Shown: in pieces, positions 27,743 to 41,097 of the stretch
Position numbering within the stretch: position 1 is the first letter of the stretch
How the letters are laid out: each line of letters begins with the position of its first letter
Assembly: GCA_964016885.1 (NCBI GenBank)
Contig: OZ024753.1
Coordinates: 43,338,001 to 43,402,000 of the forward strand
From: Eledone cirrhosa
Taxonomy: Eukaryota
DNA: 64,000 nucleotides
Direction of reading: 5' to 3'
Notes under the pieces: model-generated
Told to the model about the DNA's origin: nothing
Database searches by the model: none
The model's input: the letters and a program-made list of their open reading frames with translations, nothing else
Translations under genes and position numbers: made by a program

Positions 27743-27879
27743 GGGCCCTGTTTGGAACATAACTTAAGAAAAGTTCTAACATATTATGATAGATTTTTGG
27801 ATGTGTATAAACACTCTAAAATAGGTTTTTTCCTTGCAGAATCTGGAGAGGTTTTCATGCAGTTTGGTAAGAATAAGGT

Positions 27880-27990
27880 TATGTCTGTTTAATATAATTC
27901 TCACCTGTAATTTACGAGACTGATGGTTCTGTAGTTCTGGTAGAGTTTTAAGTTGTTTTTATCTGGAATGGATACTATCAAGCAGTGCGA
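27880..27990 (-). pseudogene. LINE reverse transcriptase fragment
   Basis: IVSIPDKNNLKLYQNYRTISLVN...RIILNR resembles the IPKKG..C.NYRTISL RT block. Confidence 0.65.
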
Positions 27991-28439
27991 TATTTCAAAC
28001 AGAATTTGGTAAAGTTTTAAATGTGGTAAGGTAAGGAATTTTGACGAAAACAGAATGGGGAGAAATGTATTCAGCCAAAGAGGAGAAAATAGCTTTGATA
28101 TTCTGTGTTAATACATATGTATACATACATACATACACACACTCACATATACACAGGCATGTATGCATGTATACATATACATACATACACACACTCACAT
28201 ATACACAGGCATGTATGCATGTATACATATACATACACACACTCACATATACACAGGCATGTATGCATGTATACATACATACACACACTCACATATACAC
28301 AGGCATGTATGCATGTATACATATACATACACACACTCACATATACACAGGCATGTATGCATGTATTCATATACATACACACACTCACATATACACAGGC
28401 ATATATGCATGTATTCATATATGGACTCACAAACTCGCC

Positions 28440-28493
<54 letters not shown>

Positions 28494-28711
28494 CACAGTC
28501 ACATACACACATGTATATACGCATGTATACATATACAAACACAAACTCACCCTCAGACATATATACACCCACCCACCACATAGATATATATTTACATACA
28601 TCTAAACCATTTTGTGAAGAAATAGTTAAAAAATTATAAATGTATCTAAAAAATGTAAATAAAAAAAATAATTTTTTTTTTAAAAAGTAAATTGTGGTTA
28701 AAGCTAAGAGC

Positions 28712-28751
<40 letters not shown>

Positions 28752-29465
28752 TCATCATCATCAACGTTTTACACCCGTTCTTCCACGCTACCATATTTTA
28801 TATATAACTATATTTATTTACTTACTATATTTATATACATATCTTTATAAACATATAGCTATATATACACACACACACACATACTTACTCTCTCTCTCTT
28901 TATCTCTCTCTCTCTCTAAACTGGTGGAAGAGAAGAAAACTAATCAATAATTTGAATATTCAGCAAGAGGTTCCTTGTTTTATTTTTTTCTATCAAAAAT
29001 GTTATTGTGGTCTGAAAAAGGTTAAACGATTAGTAAATTTATTAAATTTCCAAAGACAGATGACAGAGGCGATAAATGTTTTAAAAATACAACTTAACGA
29101 CGACAACAGCAGTAACAACAACCAAAAGAAAAGAAGTGAACCGAATGATTCTTTATTAGAATCTGGGATATGATACAAACACTTTGTAAAATAATATAAT
29201 ATAATAAAATAGACTAGTGAGTCTGGATAAATTTTTTATTATAAAACTGAATAAAGAGGGTTTACTCTGCTGAGATAATGATATATATATAAAAAAAAAA
29301 GCCGGCCATATATAAAGTTAGGCTAAAAGTGTTGATAAGGAAAGAAAAAAAAAGTTGAAACTCTGAAGTAATACTACCTTTTTTTTTCTTTTTTGAAAAA
29401 TACTAAAGTTTTGAACTCTAAATTGAAGCTGACAACTGAGTATTGATGGTGAAGTTTCCAAAAAA

Positions 29466-29496
<31 letters not shown>

Positions 29497-29999
29497 CTAT
29501 GTTATAAATGCTAATACAGGATGGTTTCAGATAAATGTGGATTTTAATATATCGTTTGATATTTGTACATTATTCTATGTACTATACATGCGCCTTTGAT
29601 GAGTTTTAGTGCACCTGAGCACTGTACACAATAATTTCATTATTATTATTATTATATAGCAGACTGAGACTGTATAGGGGACCTAAGACCTTTACCAAAA
29701 AATATAAATACTATGAAGTCGTGAGTGATGGCTGTAGTTGTTAGTTTAGGGTTAGGGGTTTCTTTTTGGTGGGGGCCAGAATAAATTTGTGTGGAGGCAC
29801 AGCGTTGTGGTTAGGGAGTTCAGCTCGTGATCATAAGGTTGTGAGTTTGATTCCCAGTAACACGCTGTGTTCTTGAGCAAGACAGTCTTTTAAGTTGATC
29901 TAGTTCACTCCACATAGCCAGGAAAGAGGGTTGCTACACCAAGATGTTACATGTGGTGTTCAACATTTCATAGCAAAGTCACATTACCAACAAAGTTCT

Positions 30000-30724
30000 T
30001 TAACCCTTTAATGTTCAAACCGGCCAAAACTGGCCAGAATTCTCTACCTCTTTCTGTTGAAACTGGCTGTAACTGGTCACTCAAACTGGAGTTAAGGTAT
30101 TGTTCTCAAAATAAATACTTTCAAAATCTCATAGATTCGATATTATGTGAGATATTTATGTGAGGTAAAGCCTTTACCATGAAAATATAATGGTATATAT
30201 AGAGTAATGTGAATGTTGTGAGATATTGTGAGGTAAAGCCTTTACCATGAAAATAAAATAGTATATATAGAGTAATGTGAATGTTATGTGAGATATTATG
30301 TGAGGTAAAGCCTTTACCATGAAAATATAATGGTATATATAGAGTAATGTGAATGTTATGTGAGATATTATGTGAGGTAAAGCCTTTACCACGAAAATAT
30401 AATGGTATATATAGAGTAATGTAAATGTTATGTGAGATATTATGTGAGGTAAAGCCTTTACCATGAAAATACAATAGTATATATAGAGTAATGTGAATGT
30501 TATGTGAGATATTATGTGAGGTAAAGCCTTTACTGTGAAAATATAGTGGTATATATAGAGTAATGTGAATGTTATGTGAGATATTATGTGAGGTAAAGCC
30601 TTTACTGTGAAAATACAATAGTATATATAGAGTAATGTAAATGTTATGTGAGATATGTGAGGTAAAGCCTTTACCATGAAAATATAATGGTATATATAGA
30701 GTAATGTGAATGCTAAAGGGTTAT
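30000..30724 (+). mobile_element. piggyBac-like MITE expanded by an internal 72-bp tandem array (about 8 copies)
   Basis: TTAACCCTTTA...TGCTAAAGGGTTA termini as at 5205; unit tgtgaggtaaagcctttaccatgaaaatataatggtatatatagagtaatgtgaatgttatgtgagatatta. Confidence 0.85.
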
Positions 30725-31485
30725 AGTGATCTGCTACGATGAACATGAAGGGAAACTGCTTCTCTGGTCAACAGAGGAAAAGCACCATGGGGGACATCCA
30801 AACATAACCATCAGGACTCTGATAGCTTCACAGGACAGGATCTTCTTGCTGCGATGAGAGATCAGGAAGACTGGAACAAGATCTTTCTCAAGAAGAAACT
30901 TATACAAGTGGATTTATATCTGTGGATGAGGTGGTGGAGAAATTGCAGTCATTAAAGCTTTGTGGTGTTTATTCAGCTTTCCTGAGCTGAGATCAAATAC
31001 AACCCAAATCAACTTTGAGCTGTTGAGAGTGGATAAATAAAGAATCAGTTTGTAGAGAAGTTAATTCTTCATTTGTTTCTCTCTTTCTCTCATAAAATCA
31101 ACTATATTAAAAAGGGAATAATACGGAACTTTCACATCATGATCCTAACAAGTCTTTCACTATTACATTCCTTCTATTGTCTCTCGTCCATTAACGGATA
31201 CAAATAACTATTTCTTTATTGATTTATATAAAAGAGAAAATATTCTTTTATTTTGAGAGTTCCATTCCAAGATATGTAGTGGAAGTTATTTCGGGGGAAA
31301 TGGTTTGTATTTAGGAGTAAGTCTAAACAGTTATTGAGCTTCACTGAACCATATTCACTAATTTCAAGGAACACACAAATAGATTGCGGAGACACACAAT
31401 TTTAACAGTATAATATAGAAGATATATATAATTGAGTGTTTATATGTGTATGTATGTATAGTTATATATATATATTTGTATGTGT

Positions 31486-31524
<39 letters not shown>

Positions 31525-31562
31525 GTGTGTGTGTGTGTGTGTCTGTTTATATATATATATAT

Positions 31563-31641
31563 CAGGTCGTTAAGTATGAAATTTGTAGAAATTTGTTTTT
31601 TTGTTCGATAAATTTCTACAAATTTCATACTTGACGACCTG
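31563..31641. mobile_element. Tiny palindromic MITE (Tc1/mariner-like)
   Basis: caggtcgttaagtatgaaatttgtagaaattt ... aaatttctacaaatttcatacttgacgacctg, next to a TA tract. Confidence 0.7.
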
Positions 31642-32217
31642 TTATGTGTTTGTTTGTATTTATATATGTATATATATATTTGTGTGTGTGTGTGTGCGTG
31701 TTTGTATTTATATATGTATATATATATTTGTGTGTGTGTGCGTGTTTGTATTTATATATGTATATATATTTGTGTGTGTGTGCGTGTTTGTATTTATATA
31801 TGTATATATATTTGTGTGTGTGTGCGTATTTGTATTTATATATGTATATATTTATATATGTATATATATATTTGTGTGCGTGTTTGTATTTATATATGTA
31901 TATATATATTTGTGTGTGTGCGTGTTTGTATTTATATATGTATATATATATTTGTGTGCGTGTTTGTATTTATATATGTATATATATATTTGTGTGTGTG
32001 TGCGTGTTTGTATTTATATATGTATATATATATTTGTGTGTGTGTGTGCGTGTTTGTATTTATATATGTATGTGTATATCGTTTTTGTATGACATTAGCA
32101 ATACTTTTCATGTTAAAACAGATATTGTTATACTTAGGAAGGGTCATAAGTAACATGACCCACCCCAACTATAACAATATCAAATATCTATATATAGACT
32201 TAGGTATCTATAAATCT

Positions 32218-33040
32218 ACACCACACACACCACACACACCATACACACACCACACACACACACCATACACACACCACACCACACACCAAACACACCATAC
32301 ACACACCACACACACACACCATACACACACCACACCACACACCACACACACCATACACACACCACACACACACACCATACACCCACCACACCACACACCA
32401 CACCACACATACACCACACCATACACACACCACACACACACACCATACACACACCACACACACACCACACCACACATACACCACACCATACACACACCAC
32501 ACACACACACCACACATACACCACACCATACACACACCACACACACAATACACACACCACACACACACAATACACACACAATACACACACCACACACACA
32601 CCATACACACCAACACCACACACACACCACACCACACACACACCACACCACACACACACCACACCACACACACACACCACACACACACACCACACACACA
32701 CACCACACCACACACACCACACCACACACACACCACACCACACATACACCACACCATACACACACCACACACACACCACACATACACCACACCATACACA
32801 CACCACACACACAATACACACACCACACACACACAATACACACACCACACACACACCATACACACACCATACATACCAACACCACACACACACCACACCA
32901 CACACACCACACCACACACACACACACCACACACACCACACCACACACACACACCACACTCACACCACACACACCACACTCACACCACACACACCACACC
33001 ACACCACACCACACATACACCACACACACACCACACACAC
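32218..33040. repeat. CACCA/CA-rich array
   Basis: Direct inspection. Confidence 0.95.
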
Positions 33041-33131
33041 GTGTGTGGACGCGTAGTGAAGTACGGCATTTCTTGGGCATCTTTTTAAAACCCGGCAGAT
33101 CCTATCTCCTCTCCAGGATATAAATAAATAA

Positions 33132-33181
<50 letters not shown>

Positions 33182-33273
33182 TCATTAGTTAAGCAAAACA
33201 AGACCACAAATCTCACAAGGAAGACATTATTAAAAGATTGTCAACATATTTAGTTTGATGTAAGGAATGTAGA

Positions 33274-33305
<32 letters not shown>

Positions 33306-33438
33306 CCCGTTTACAATTGTTTCGCTACTCCGTATAATATTTCTGGATCAGATGACTATGTATCATAGTCACCAATCTTTCCTCTCATATCTCCTCTACT
33401 ATCTCAATCTCTCTCTTTAAGATTGGTTACTCTTGAAC

Positions 33439-33480
<42 letters not shown>

Positions 33481-33482
<2 letters not shown>

Positions 33483-33680
33483 AAAATGTTTAACCCCGAC
33501 GGCAGAGTTCAAGCCGTTTCGACGGCTATTTCTGTCCATTTCTGGACAGAAATAGTCGTCGAAACAGCTTCAGCTCTGCCGTCGGGGTTAAACATTTTCC
33601 TATTACCCACTCTACTACCCAAAGTATTGAGTACTCTAGTGCGTTATGGTCCACCTGGTTCCTTTCCACACTTCCTTCGT
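33481..33680 (+). mobile_element. TA-embedded element: 120-bp palindrome of a hammerhead 3' half plus a conserved tail
   Basis: 33481-33600 is an inverted repeat; GAAAcagcttcagctctgccGTCggggtt; tail ggtccacctggttcctttccacacttccttcgt shared with 41467-41499. Confidence 0.8.
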
Positions 33681-34099
33681 TATATATATATATTGCATTA
33701 CCATCTCTGTTTGTTTACATATCTCGCTCGCTTCACCCTATTCTACGTGTCCCAATAACTTTTTTTTAGTTATTGCTCGCACTAGCCAGAGGTATTTGAT
33801 CTTTAATGCGAAGAAATACCAACGACGGCTGGGAGATTACTGATGACGGACGCCTTATCTTCTGTTAGAATTTTATTCATATATATATATATATTTAATA
33901 CAAGTTTGTTTCACGTACATACTTATATGTATACAGTAGTATGTATATATATATACATACATGCACACATATATATATGTACGTATGGATTCACCGAACA
34001 TTTATTATAATGCTCGGTGTGTTTGTAAACAAACATCCCGTATTAAGCCGTAGTGTCTAGCAACCATCGTTGCTCGTTTGTTCAACACTGACAAAGGAA

Positions 34100-34140
34100 C
34101 GCTGTACTAGTTTCAAGCTTATTATCTATCGTCAGCAACG
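34100..34140 (-). ncRNA. Minimal type I hammerhead ribozyme candidate
   Basis: cgttg-CTGACGA-tagataataagctt-GAAA-ctag-TA-cagcg; palindromic stem III ACTAGT, GUA site; stem II weak. Confidence 0.6.
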
Positions 34141-34437
34141 TATACCTTCCTGCCAGATTGTTGAACGTATATACTTACCTTATGCATATTAACGGCTGAG
34201 TAGCTCGAGTGGGTTAATCGGCCGGGTGCACCGAAAACGATAAACGGAAAAAATTATATTCAAGTAACAGCCATACTAAGAGTGGGAAATGAAAGCTTTA
34301 AGTAATACTCCGACCGACTTCCGTCTCACTCAACAAACATTAGGATATACCTTAGTATAATCCCAATTATACGTTTGGGCTGTTAACTATACGTATTTTG
34401 AAGATAGCCAGTTGTATTATTTTATATGAGACATAAT

Positions 34438-34487
<50 letters not shown>

Positions 34488-34488
<1 letters not shown>

Positions 34489-34592
34489 AAAGGGTGTCTT
34501 CCCTCAAAATGTATACACACTCCAACAGCATTCTAATAAATATTGCCTGTACAGGTAATCAAAATGTATATACATTTTTTGGGGACCCCCTC
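34488..34592. mobile_element. Mariner-like MITE
   Basis: TA-caaagggtgtcttccctcaaaatgtataca ... tgtatatacattttttggggaccccctc-TA. Confidence 0.6.
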
Positions 34593-34936
34593 TATATATA
34601 TATATATATACATATATATAATGTATGTATGTGTGTGTATATATATATATCTACACATGTAAATGGTAGGTTAAAAGTACAAATATTTAATTCATACCAA
34701 AAATGTTTCTCTACCAAAAATAGTCGAGAGAAAAACTTTGGCTCCATCTCCCAGCTAAACTTTACAATTTATAGATTTTTTTTCTTTTAAATGTTTTATT
34801 CCAAAAATCTACCATTTTTCCGTTGGAAGAAAATATGGAAAAACCATTCTTGTTGTGGTTTTTGTTGATGTTGTTGCACTTCTTTTTCTTCTTCTTTCCA
34901 TTTTGTTTTTCCTTCTTCGTCTTCTTCGTCTTCCCA

Positions 34937-36308
34937 ATCACCATCACCCCTTCCACATTACCCCCCCCCCCGCCCCCAACACCACCGCTGCCACACTCAC
35001 CACCGTCACCTCCACCACCAGTCACCATCACCACTATCACCACCACCACTAGCACCACTACCACTATCACCATCACCACTACCACCACTATCACCACCAC
35101 CACCACCACTATCACCATCATCACCATCACCAACACCACCACCACCACTATCACCACCACCACCACCACTACCACCACCACCACCACTATCACCACCACC
35201 ACCACCACCACTATCACCACCACCACCACCATCACTATCACCACTATCACCACCACCACCACTATCACCACCACCACCACTATCACCACCACCACCACCA
35301 TCACCACCACCACCCACCACCACCCACCACCACCACCACCACTATCACCACCACCACCACCACCACCCACCACCACCCACCACCACCACTATCATCACCA
35401 CTATCACCACCACTATCACCACCACCACTATCACCACCACCACCACTATCACCACCACTATCACCACCACCACCACCACTATCACCACCACTATCACCAC
35501 CACCACCACCACTATCACCACCACCACCACCACTATCACCACCACCACTATCACCACCACCACCACCACCACCACCACCACTATCACCACCACCACCACC
35601 ACCACTATCACCACCACTATCACCACCACCACTATCACCACCACCACCACTATCACCACCACCACCACTATCACCACCACCACCACCACTATCACCACCA
35701 CTATCACAACCACTATCACCACCACCACTATCACCACCACTATCACCACCACCACTATCACCACCACCACTATCACCACCACCACTATCACCACCACCAC
35801 TATCACCACCACCACTATCACCACCACCACCACCACTATCACCAACCCCACTACCACCACCACCACCACCACTATCACCACCACCACCACCATCACTATC
35901 ACCACCACCACCACCACTATCACCACCACCACCACCATCACTATCACCACCACCACCACCACTATCACCACCACCACCACCATCACTATCACCACCACCA
36001 CCACCACTATCACCACCACCACCACTATCACCACCACCACTATCACCACTATCACCACCACCACCACCACCACCATCACCACCACCACCACCACCACCAC
36101 CATCACTATCACCACCACCATCACTATCACCACCACCACCACTACCACCACCACCACTATCACCACCACCACTATCACCACCACCACCATCACCACCACC
36201 ACCATCACCATCACCACTATCACCACCACCACCACCACTATCACCACAACCACCACCACCACCACCACTACTATAACCACCACCACCACCACCACCACTA
36301 TCACTACA
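34937..36308. repeat. (CAC)n/(CACTAT) triplet microsatellite
   Basis: Direct inspection. Confidence 0.95.
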
Positions 36309-36881
36309 GTAAATCTCAGATGATTTCCAACTTAATTCTTAAACCAAAGTGATGTAATATATTTTTTTCTCTACTTCTTCCTATTACAGCTTCACCAGTC
36401 ATATCCTATTATAATACAATAAAATAACTACAATCAAACAACAAGCAATCCTCCTAACCCCCTCCCACTAAAACGAAGCAACAACATCAACAACAACAAC
36501 AGCCATATCCACAATATAATCTTTCAGCTTAATCTTCTTATAACTTAAAACTATTATTTATTTTTTGATGGAATATTATTTTTTTCTCCCCTCTTGTTAC
36601 AACTTCACCAGTCATGTCCTAATAGAATGCAATAAAATAAAAACAGCTTTCTTACAAACGAACGCAACACAAGAACTTCCTCTCCAATATAATCTTTGAG
36701 CTTAATCTTCTCATAATTTAAAACTATCGTTATTTTTATATTTACCATATTTTGTATGATTAGGATATCAGTAATAATAGCAGGGTTTTTTTCTGTATTA
36801 TTTCTCGTTATTATTTTTACTCTAGTTTATTTCATGAGAATTTTGTATCTTATTGGGATCATAGTGATCTTTTGAACCTGT

Positions 36882-36934
<53 letters not shown>

Positions 36935-37810
36935 CTGTGTGTGTGTGCATATACATATGTGTATATATATGTATATCTGTGTGTGTGTGTGCATATACAT
37001 ATGTGTATATATATACATATACGTGTGTGTGTGTGTGTGCATATACATATGTGTATATATATATACATATACGTGTGTGTGTGTGTGTGTATATATATTA
37101 TATGTATATGTGTGTATATATATTATATATATATGTGTGTATATATATTATATATATATGTGTGTATATATATTATATGTGTGTATATATATTGTGTGTA
37201 TATATATTATGTATATATGTGTATATATATTATATATGTGTGTATATATATTGTGTGTATATATATTATGTATATATGTGTATATATATTATATGTATAT
37301 ATATGTGTATATATATTATGTATATATGTGTATATATATTATATGTATATATATGTGTACATGTATGTGTATATATGTGTGAGTATATACATATACGTGT
37401 GTGTGTGTATATATTATATATATATGTATATTTATGTGTACATTTGTGTATATTTATGTGTGTGATTGTACATGTGTATATATGTGTATGTACATGTGTA
37501 TATATGTGTGTGATTGTACATGTGTATATATGTGTATGTACATGTGTATATATGTGTGTGTATGTACATATGCGGTATATATATGTGTGTATATATATAT
37601 ATGTATGTATATGTATATATATATATATATATATATGTGCGTGTGTGTTGAAGGAAAAAATATGGAGGAAAAAAATGCAGTGAATCAAAAGTTTGTAAAG
37701 AAATGGTTGTAGTTATTTCTTTATAGTTACAAGAAGAAAAGATGTCTGCAAAAAGAGAAATGCGCATATGGAAATCTAAACGTTCATTTACTTATAGAAG
37801 TTTACACACA

Positions 37811-38531
37811 CATGTTCACATATATAAGTGTACACATACATATGTTCACATAGATAAGTGTACACATACATATGTTCACATAGATACGTGTACACATACA
37901 TATGTTCACATAGATAAGTGTACACATACATATGTTCACATAGATAAGTGTACACATACATATGTTCACATAGATAAGTGTACACATACATATGTTCACA
38001 TAGATAAGTGTACACATACATATGTTCACATAGATAAGTGTACACATACATATGTTCACATAGATAAGTGTACACATATATGTTCACATAGATAAGTGTA
38101 CACATACATATGTTCACATAGATAAGTGTACACATACATATGTTCACATAGATAAGTGTACACATACATATGTTCACATAGATAAGTGTACACATACATA
38201 TGTTCACATAGATAAGTGTACACATACATATGTTCACATAGATACGTGTACACATACATATGTTCACATAGATACGTGTACACATACATATGTTCACATA
38301 GATACGTGTACACATACATATGTTCACATAGATAAGTGTACACATATATGTTCACATAGATAAGTGTACACATATATGTTCACATAGATAAGTGTACACA
38401 TATATGTTCACATAGATAAGTGTACACATACATATGTTCACATAGATAAGTGTACACATACATATGTCCACATAGATAAGTGTACACATACATATGTTCA
38501 CATAGATACGTGTACACATACATATGTTCAC
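37811..38531. repeat. 30-bp minisatellite, about 24 copies
   Basis: catatgttcacatagataagtgtacacata. Confidence 0.95.
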
Positions 38532-38748
38532 AGGCTCATATATATATATATATATATATATATACGCAAATAGAAACACAAACATACATATGTAAATATG
38601 TGGATGTAAGTAGAACTGCATATATGTAGCTATAAAAAAAAAGGCATGTGTACACAAAAATACACATGCACATATACGAACACGTACACACACACACAGA
38701 CACACACACACACACACACACACACGTACACACACACACACACACACA

Positions 38749-38787
<39 letters not shown>

Positions 38788-38865
38788 CATTCTATCTATC
38801 TATCTATCTATATATATATTGAAAAGATAACAAGGACGATTGGTTACTCCTTCATTACATTTATT

Positions 38866-38900
38866 GGTTGGTGACGCGCGTTTCGCCACTGATTAGCTCA
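38866..38900 (-). ncRNA. Truncated hammerhead (stem II-GAAA-stem III-GUC) in a TA-flanked insert at about 38820-38982
   Basis: Minus strand: tga-gcta atcag tggc-GAAA-cgcgc-GTC-accaacc-aataaa; 5' core and stem I missing. Confidence 0.55.
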
Positions 38901-39052
38901 AGGTTCGATCTGTATCGATCTTACCCGACTCTGTAATCTGCAGCTCGACGGACCCCTTAAAATGCTAGTAGAAAAAAAAATCTATATATATATATATATA
39001 TACACGTACATATATTATTTGATTTGAAATACGTGGCAAACAAATATGTGTA

Positions 39053-39099
<47 letters not shown>

Positions 39100-39223
39100 T
39101 TAAAAAGTTAAACAAGGTTCAATGAATAAATCAAAGAATGAGTTTTACAATAGATTGGAAGCACTCAACTACCATGACTGAATCTTAACCATCTACTATG
39201 TCAGGGTATGTCATGCATCATCT

Positions 39224-39290
39224 TATTTTATCTGATGAGGACGTACTGTTGAACTTAACTCAGTACCTCTGAAATATGTATAATAAAATA
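39224..39290 (+). ncRNA. Type I hammerhead ribozyme in a TA-embedded insert (about 39100-39335)
   Basis: tattttat-CTGATGA-ggacgtactg[12 nt]cagtacctct-GAAA-tatgta-TA-ataaaata; 8-bp stem I, 9 of 10 pairs in stem II, self-complementary stem III. Confidence 0.85.
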
Positions 39291-40171
39291 TACTTGATCA
39301 CAAGAATGTCTATTTTTGTTAATATTTTGAATTAATATATATATATGTGTGTGTGTGTGTGTGGCATAGATTGTGTGTGTATGATTAGAAAATGTAGAAA
39401 TCTCAGAGAAAATGACTGTAAAGACAGTTGAATTCTATACAGATACAGACGTCTACACAGACAATGCCAGAAATAGTAAGGCACAGCCACATGAAATACA
39501 TCCCAGCTACACACACATAACAATACCCATGACACACCTTGACTCTCCAACATGGCCACCACTCAGGAATGCCGGAACCTACCACACATCTTTCTTAAAA
39601 AAAACTTTTTTCAATCTCTGATGTTCCATCTTGTTCTCTCTCTCCCTCCCTCTTTCTCACTCCCCATCCACCCTCAATTCCCCCGTCTCCCCTCTGTATC
39701 TCTCTCAAAGGACTTAGGTCTGAAGCACCGATCCCTCTACTTCCTCTAAAGCATGATACTAATAAGACTTTGTGTTTTGGGATCTCTGTTTATGTTGTCA
39801 TTTCTTTAAGTACACACACACCACACACACACCACACCACACACACACCACACCACACCACACCACACACACACACACACACCACACACACACCACACAC
39901 ACCACACCACACACACACCACACCACACCACACCACACACACACACACACACCACACACACACCACACACACCACACATATTTGTGAAGTGTGATGGGGA
40001 AATTTTTGTTTAACTTTTAGGAAGACTCTGAATCTAACATTATTCCAAATCCCGCCGAGGTTAACTTTGCCTTTCATCCTTACGGGGTCGATAAAATAAG
40101 GTACCAGTAATGTACTGGGATAATTGCTGGCCGTGTGCCAATAGTAGAAACAATTATTGATTTAGTGATAC

Positions 40172-40648
40172 ATCCACTCCTCCTCCCATCTTTCCTCCCA
40201 TCTTTCCTCCTTCTCCTATCTCTCCCCTCCTCCTTCTACCCCCTCCTCCTTCTACCCCCTCCTCCTTCTTCCTCCTTCTCCTTCTTCCCATCTCTCCTCC
40301 TATCTCCCCCTCCTTCTCCTTCTTCCCATCTCTCCTCCTATCTCCCCCTCCTCCTTCTTCTCCCTCCTCCTTCTTCTCCCTCCTTCTCCCTCCTCCTTCT
40401 TCTCCCTCCTCCTTCCTCTCCCTCTTCCTTCCTCCTCCCTCTTCCTTCCTCCTCCCTCATCCTTCCCTCTTCCACCCTTCTCCCCCCCTGCCCCTCCTTC
40501 CTCCACATCCTCCTGACCCTCCTTCTCCCCACCCTCATTCACCCCTCCCCTCCCACCACCCCTCCTCCTTCCCATCACCCCTCCTCCCTCCCATCACCCC
40601 TCCTCCTTCCCATCACCCCTCCTCCTTCCCATCACCCCCCTCCCCCAC
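40172..40648. repeat. CT-rich low-complexity tract
   Basis: Direct inspection. Confidence 0.9.
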
Positions 40649-41097
40649 ACAACACAATGGGAACACCACCAGAATGTGTATAGCTATAGGGAGGTTTCAT
40701 ATATAATAATTTCCAAAGACACTGACTCTGTCTCCTTTGATCTTCTGCTGTGTTCAGCATTCTTGTGGAGCCTGGAAACCCTACAAACTGGAAGGAAGTG
40801 AACTCTCAATGAATGGAGGGAGGAAAGTAGTAAGTCTGTATGGATAGTATGTCGGGATTTATTTCCTGTGATCTTAACAGCAGACAATGTGCTGATCAAG
40901 GATGCTGTGGGATTTCTAAGATTTTCTTCATATATATATTGACTATATCATGAAGAAGTCAACTTCCATTAGATCAGATATTTTGATGTTGTTCTTCAAT
41001 AGGTATTGGAAGATTTGTAGATATGGCTATAGAACCATAGTCTATAGACCAGAATATCTTGATGGCACTAGTGTGTGTGTATATATATATATATATA

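Noticed and set aside
26270-27760. 496-aa and 395-aa ORFs of 16-aa repeats
   Set aside because: They are translations of a 48-bp SINE-derived minisatellite, open in more than one frame; the 47-bp sister array has no such ORF.
29741-29760. ttagggttagggg telomere-like repeat
   Set aside because: Only two units; not significant.
33840-33888. CTGATGA followed by a short hairpin in a TA-flanked insert
   Set aside because: No GAAA-stem III-UH in register and no stem I partner.
34823-36352. 509-aa Thr/His-rich ORF, and similar Gly/Pro/Asp-rich ORFs at 45963-46799 and 49725-50747
   Set aside because: Triplet microsatellites open in several frames on both strands, with no non-repetitive coding context.
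40760-40960. Possible exon or RT remnant (QGC..., IYIDYIMK)
   Set aside because: Motifs lie in different frames and are too short to distinguish from chance.
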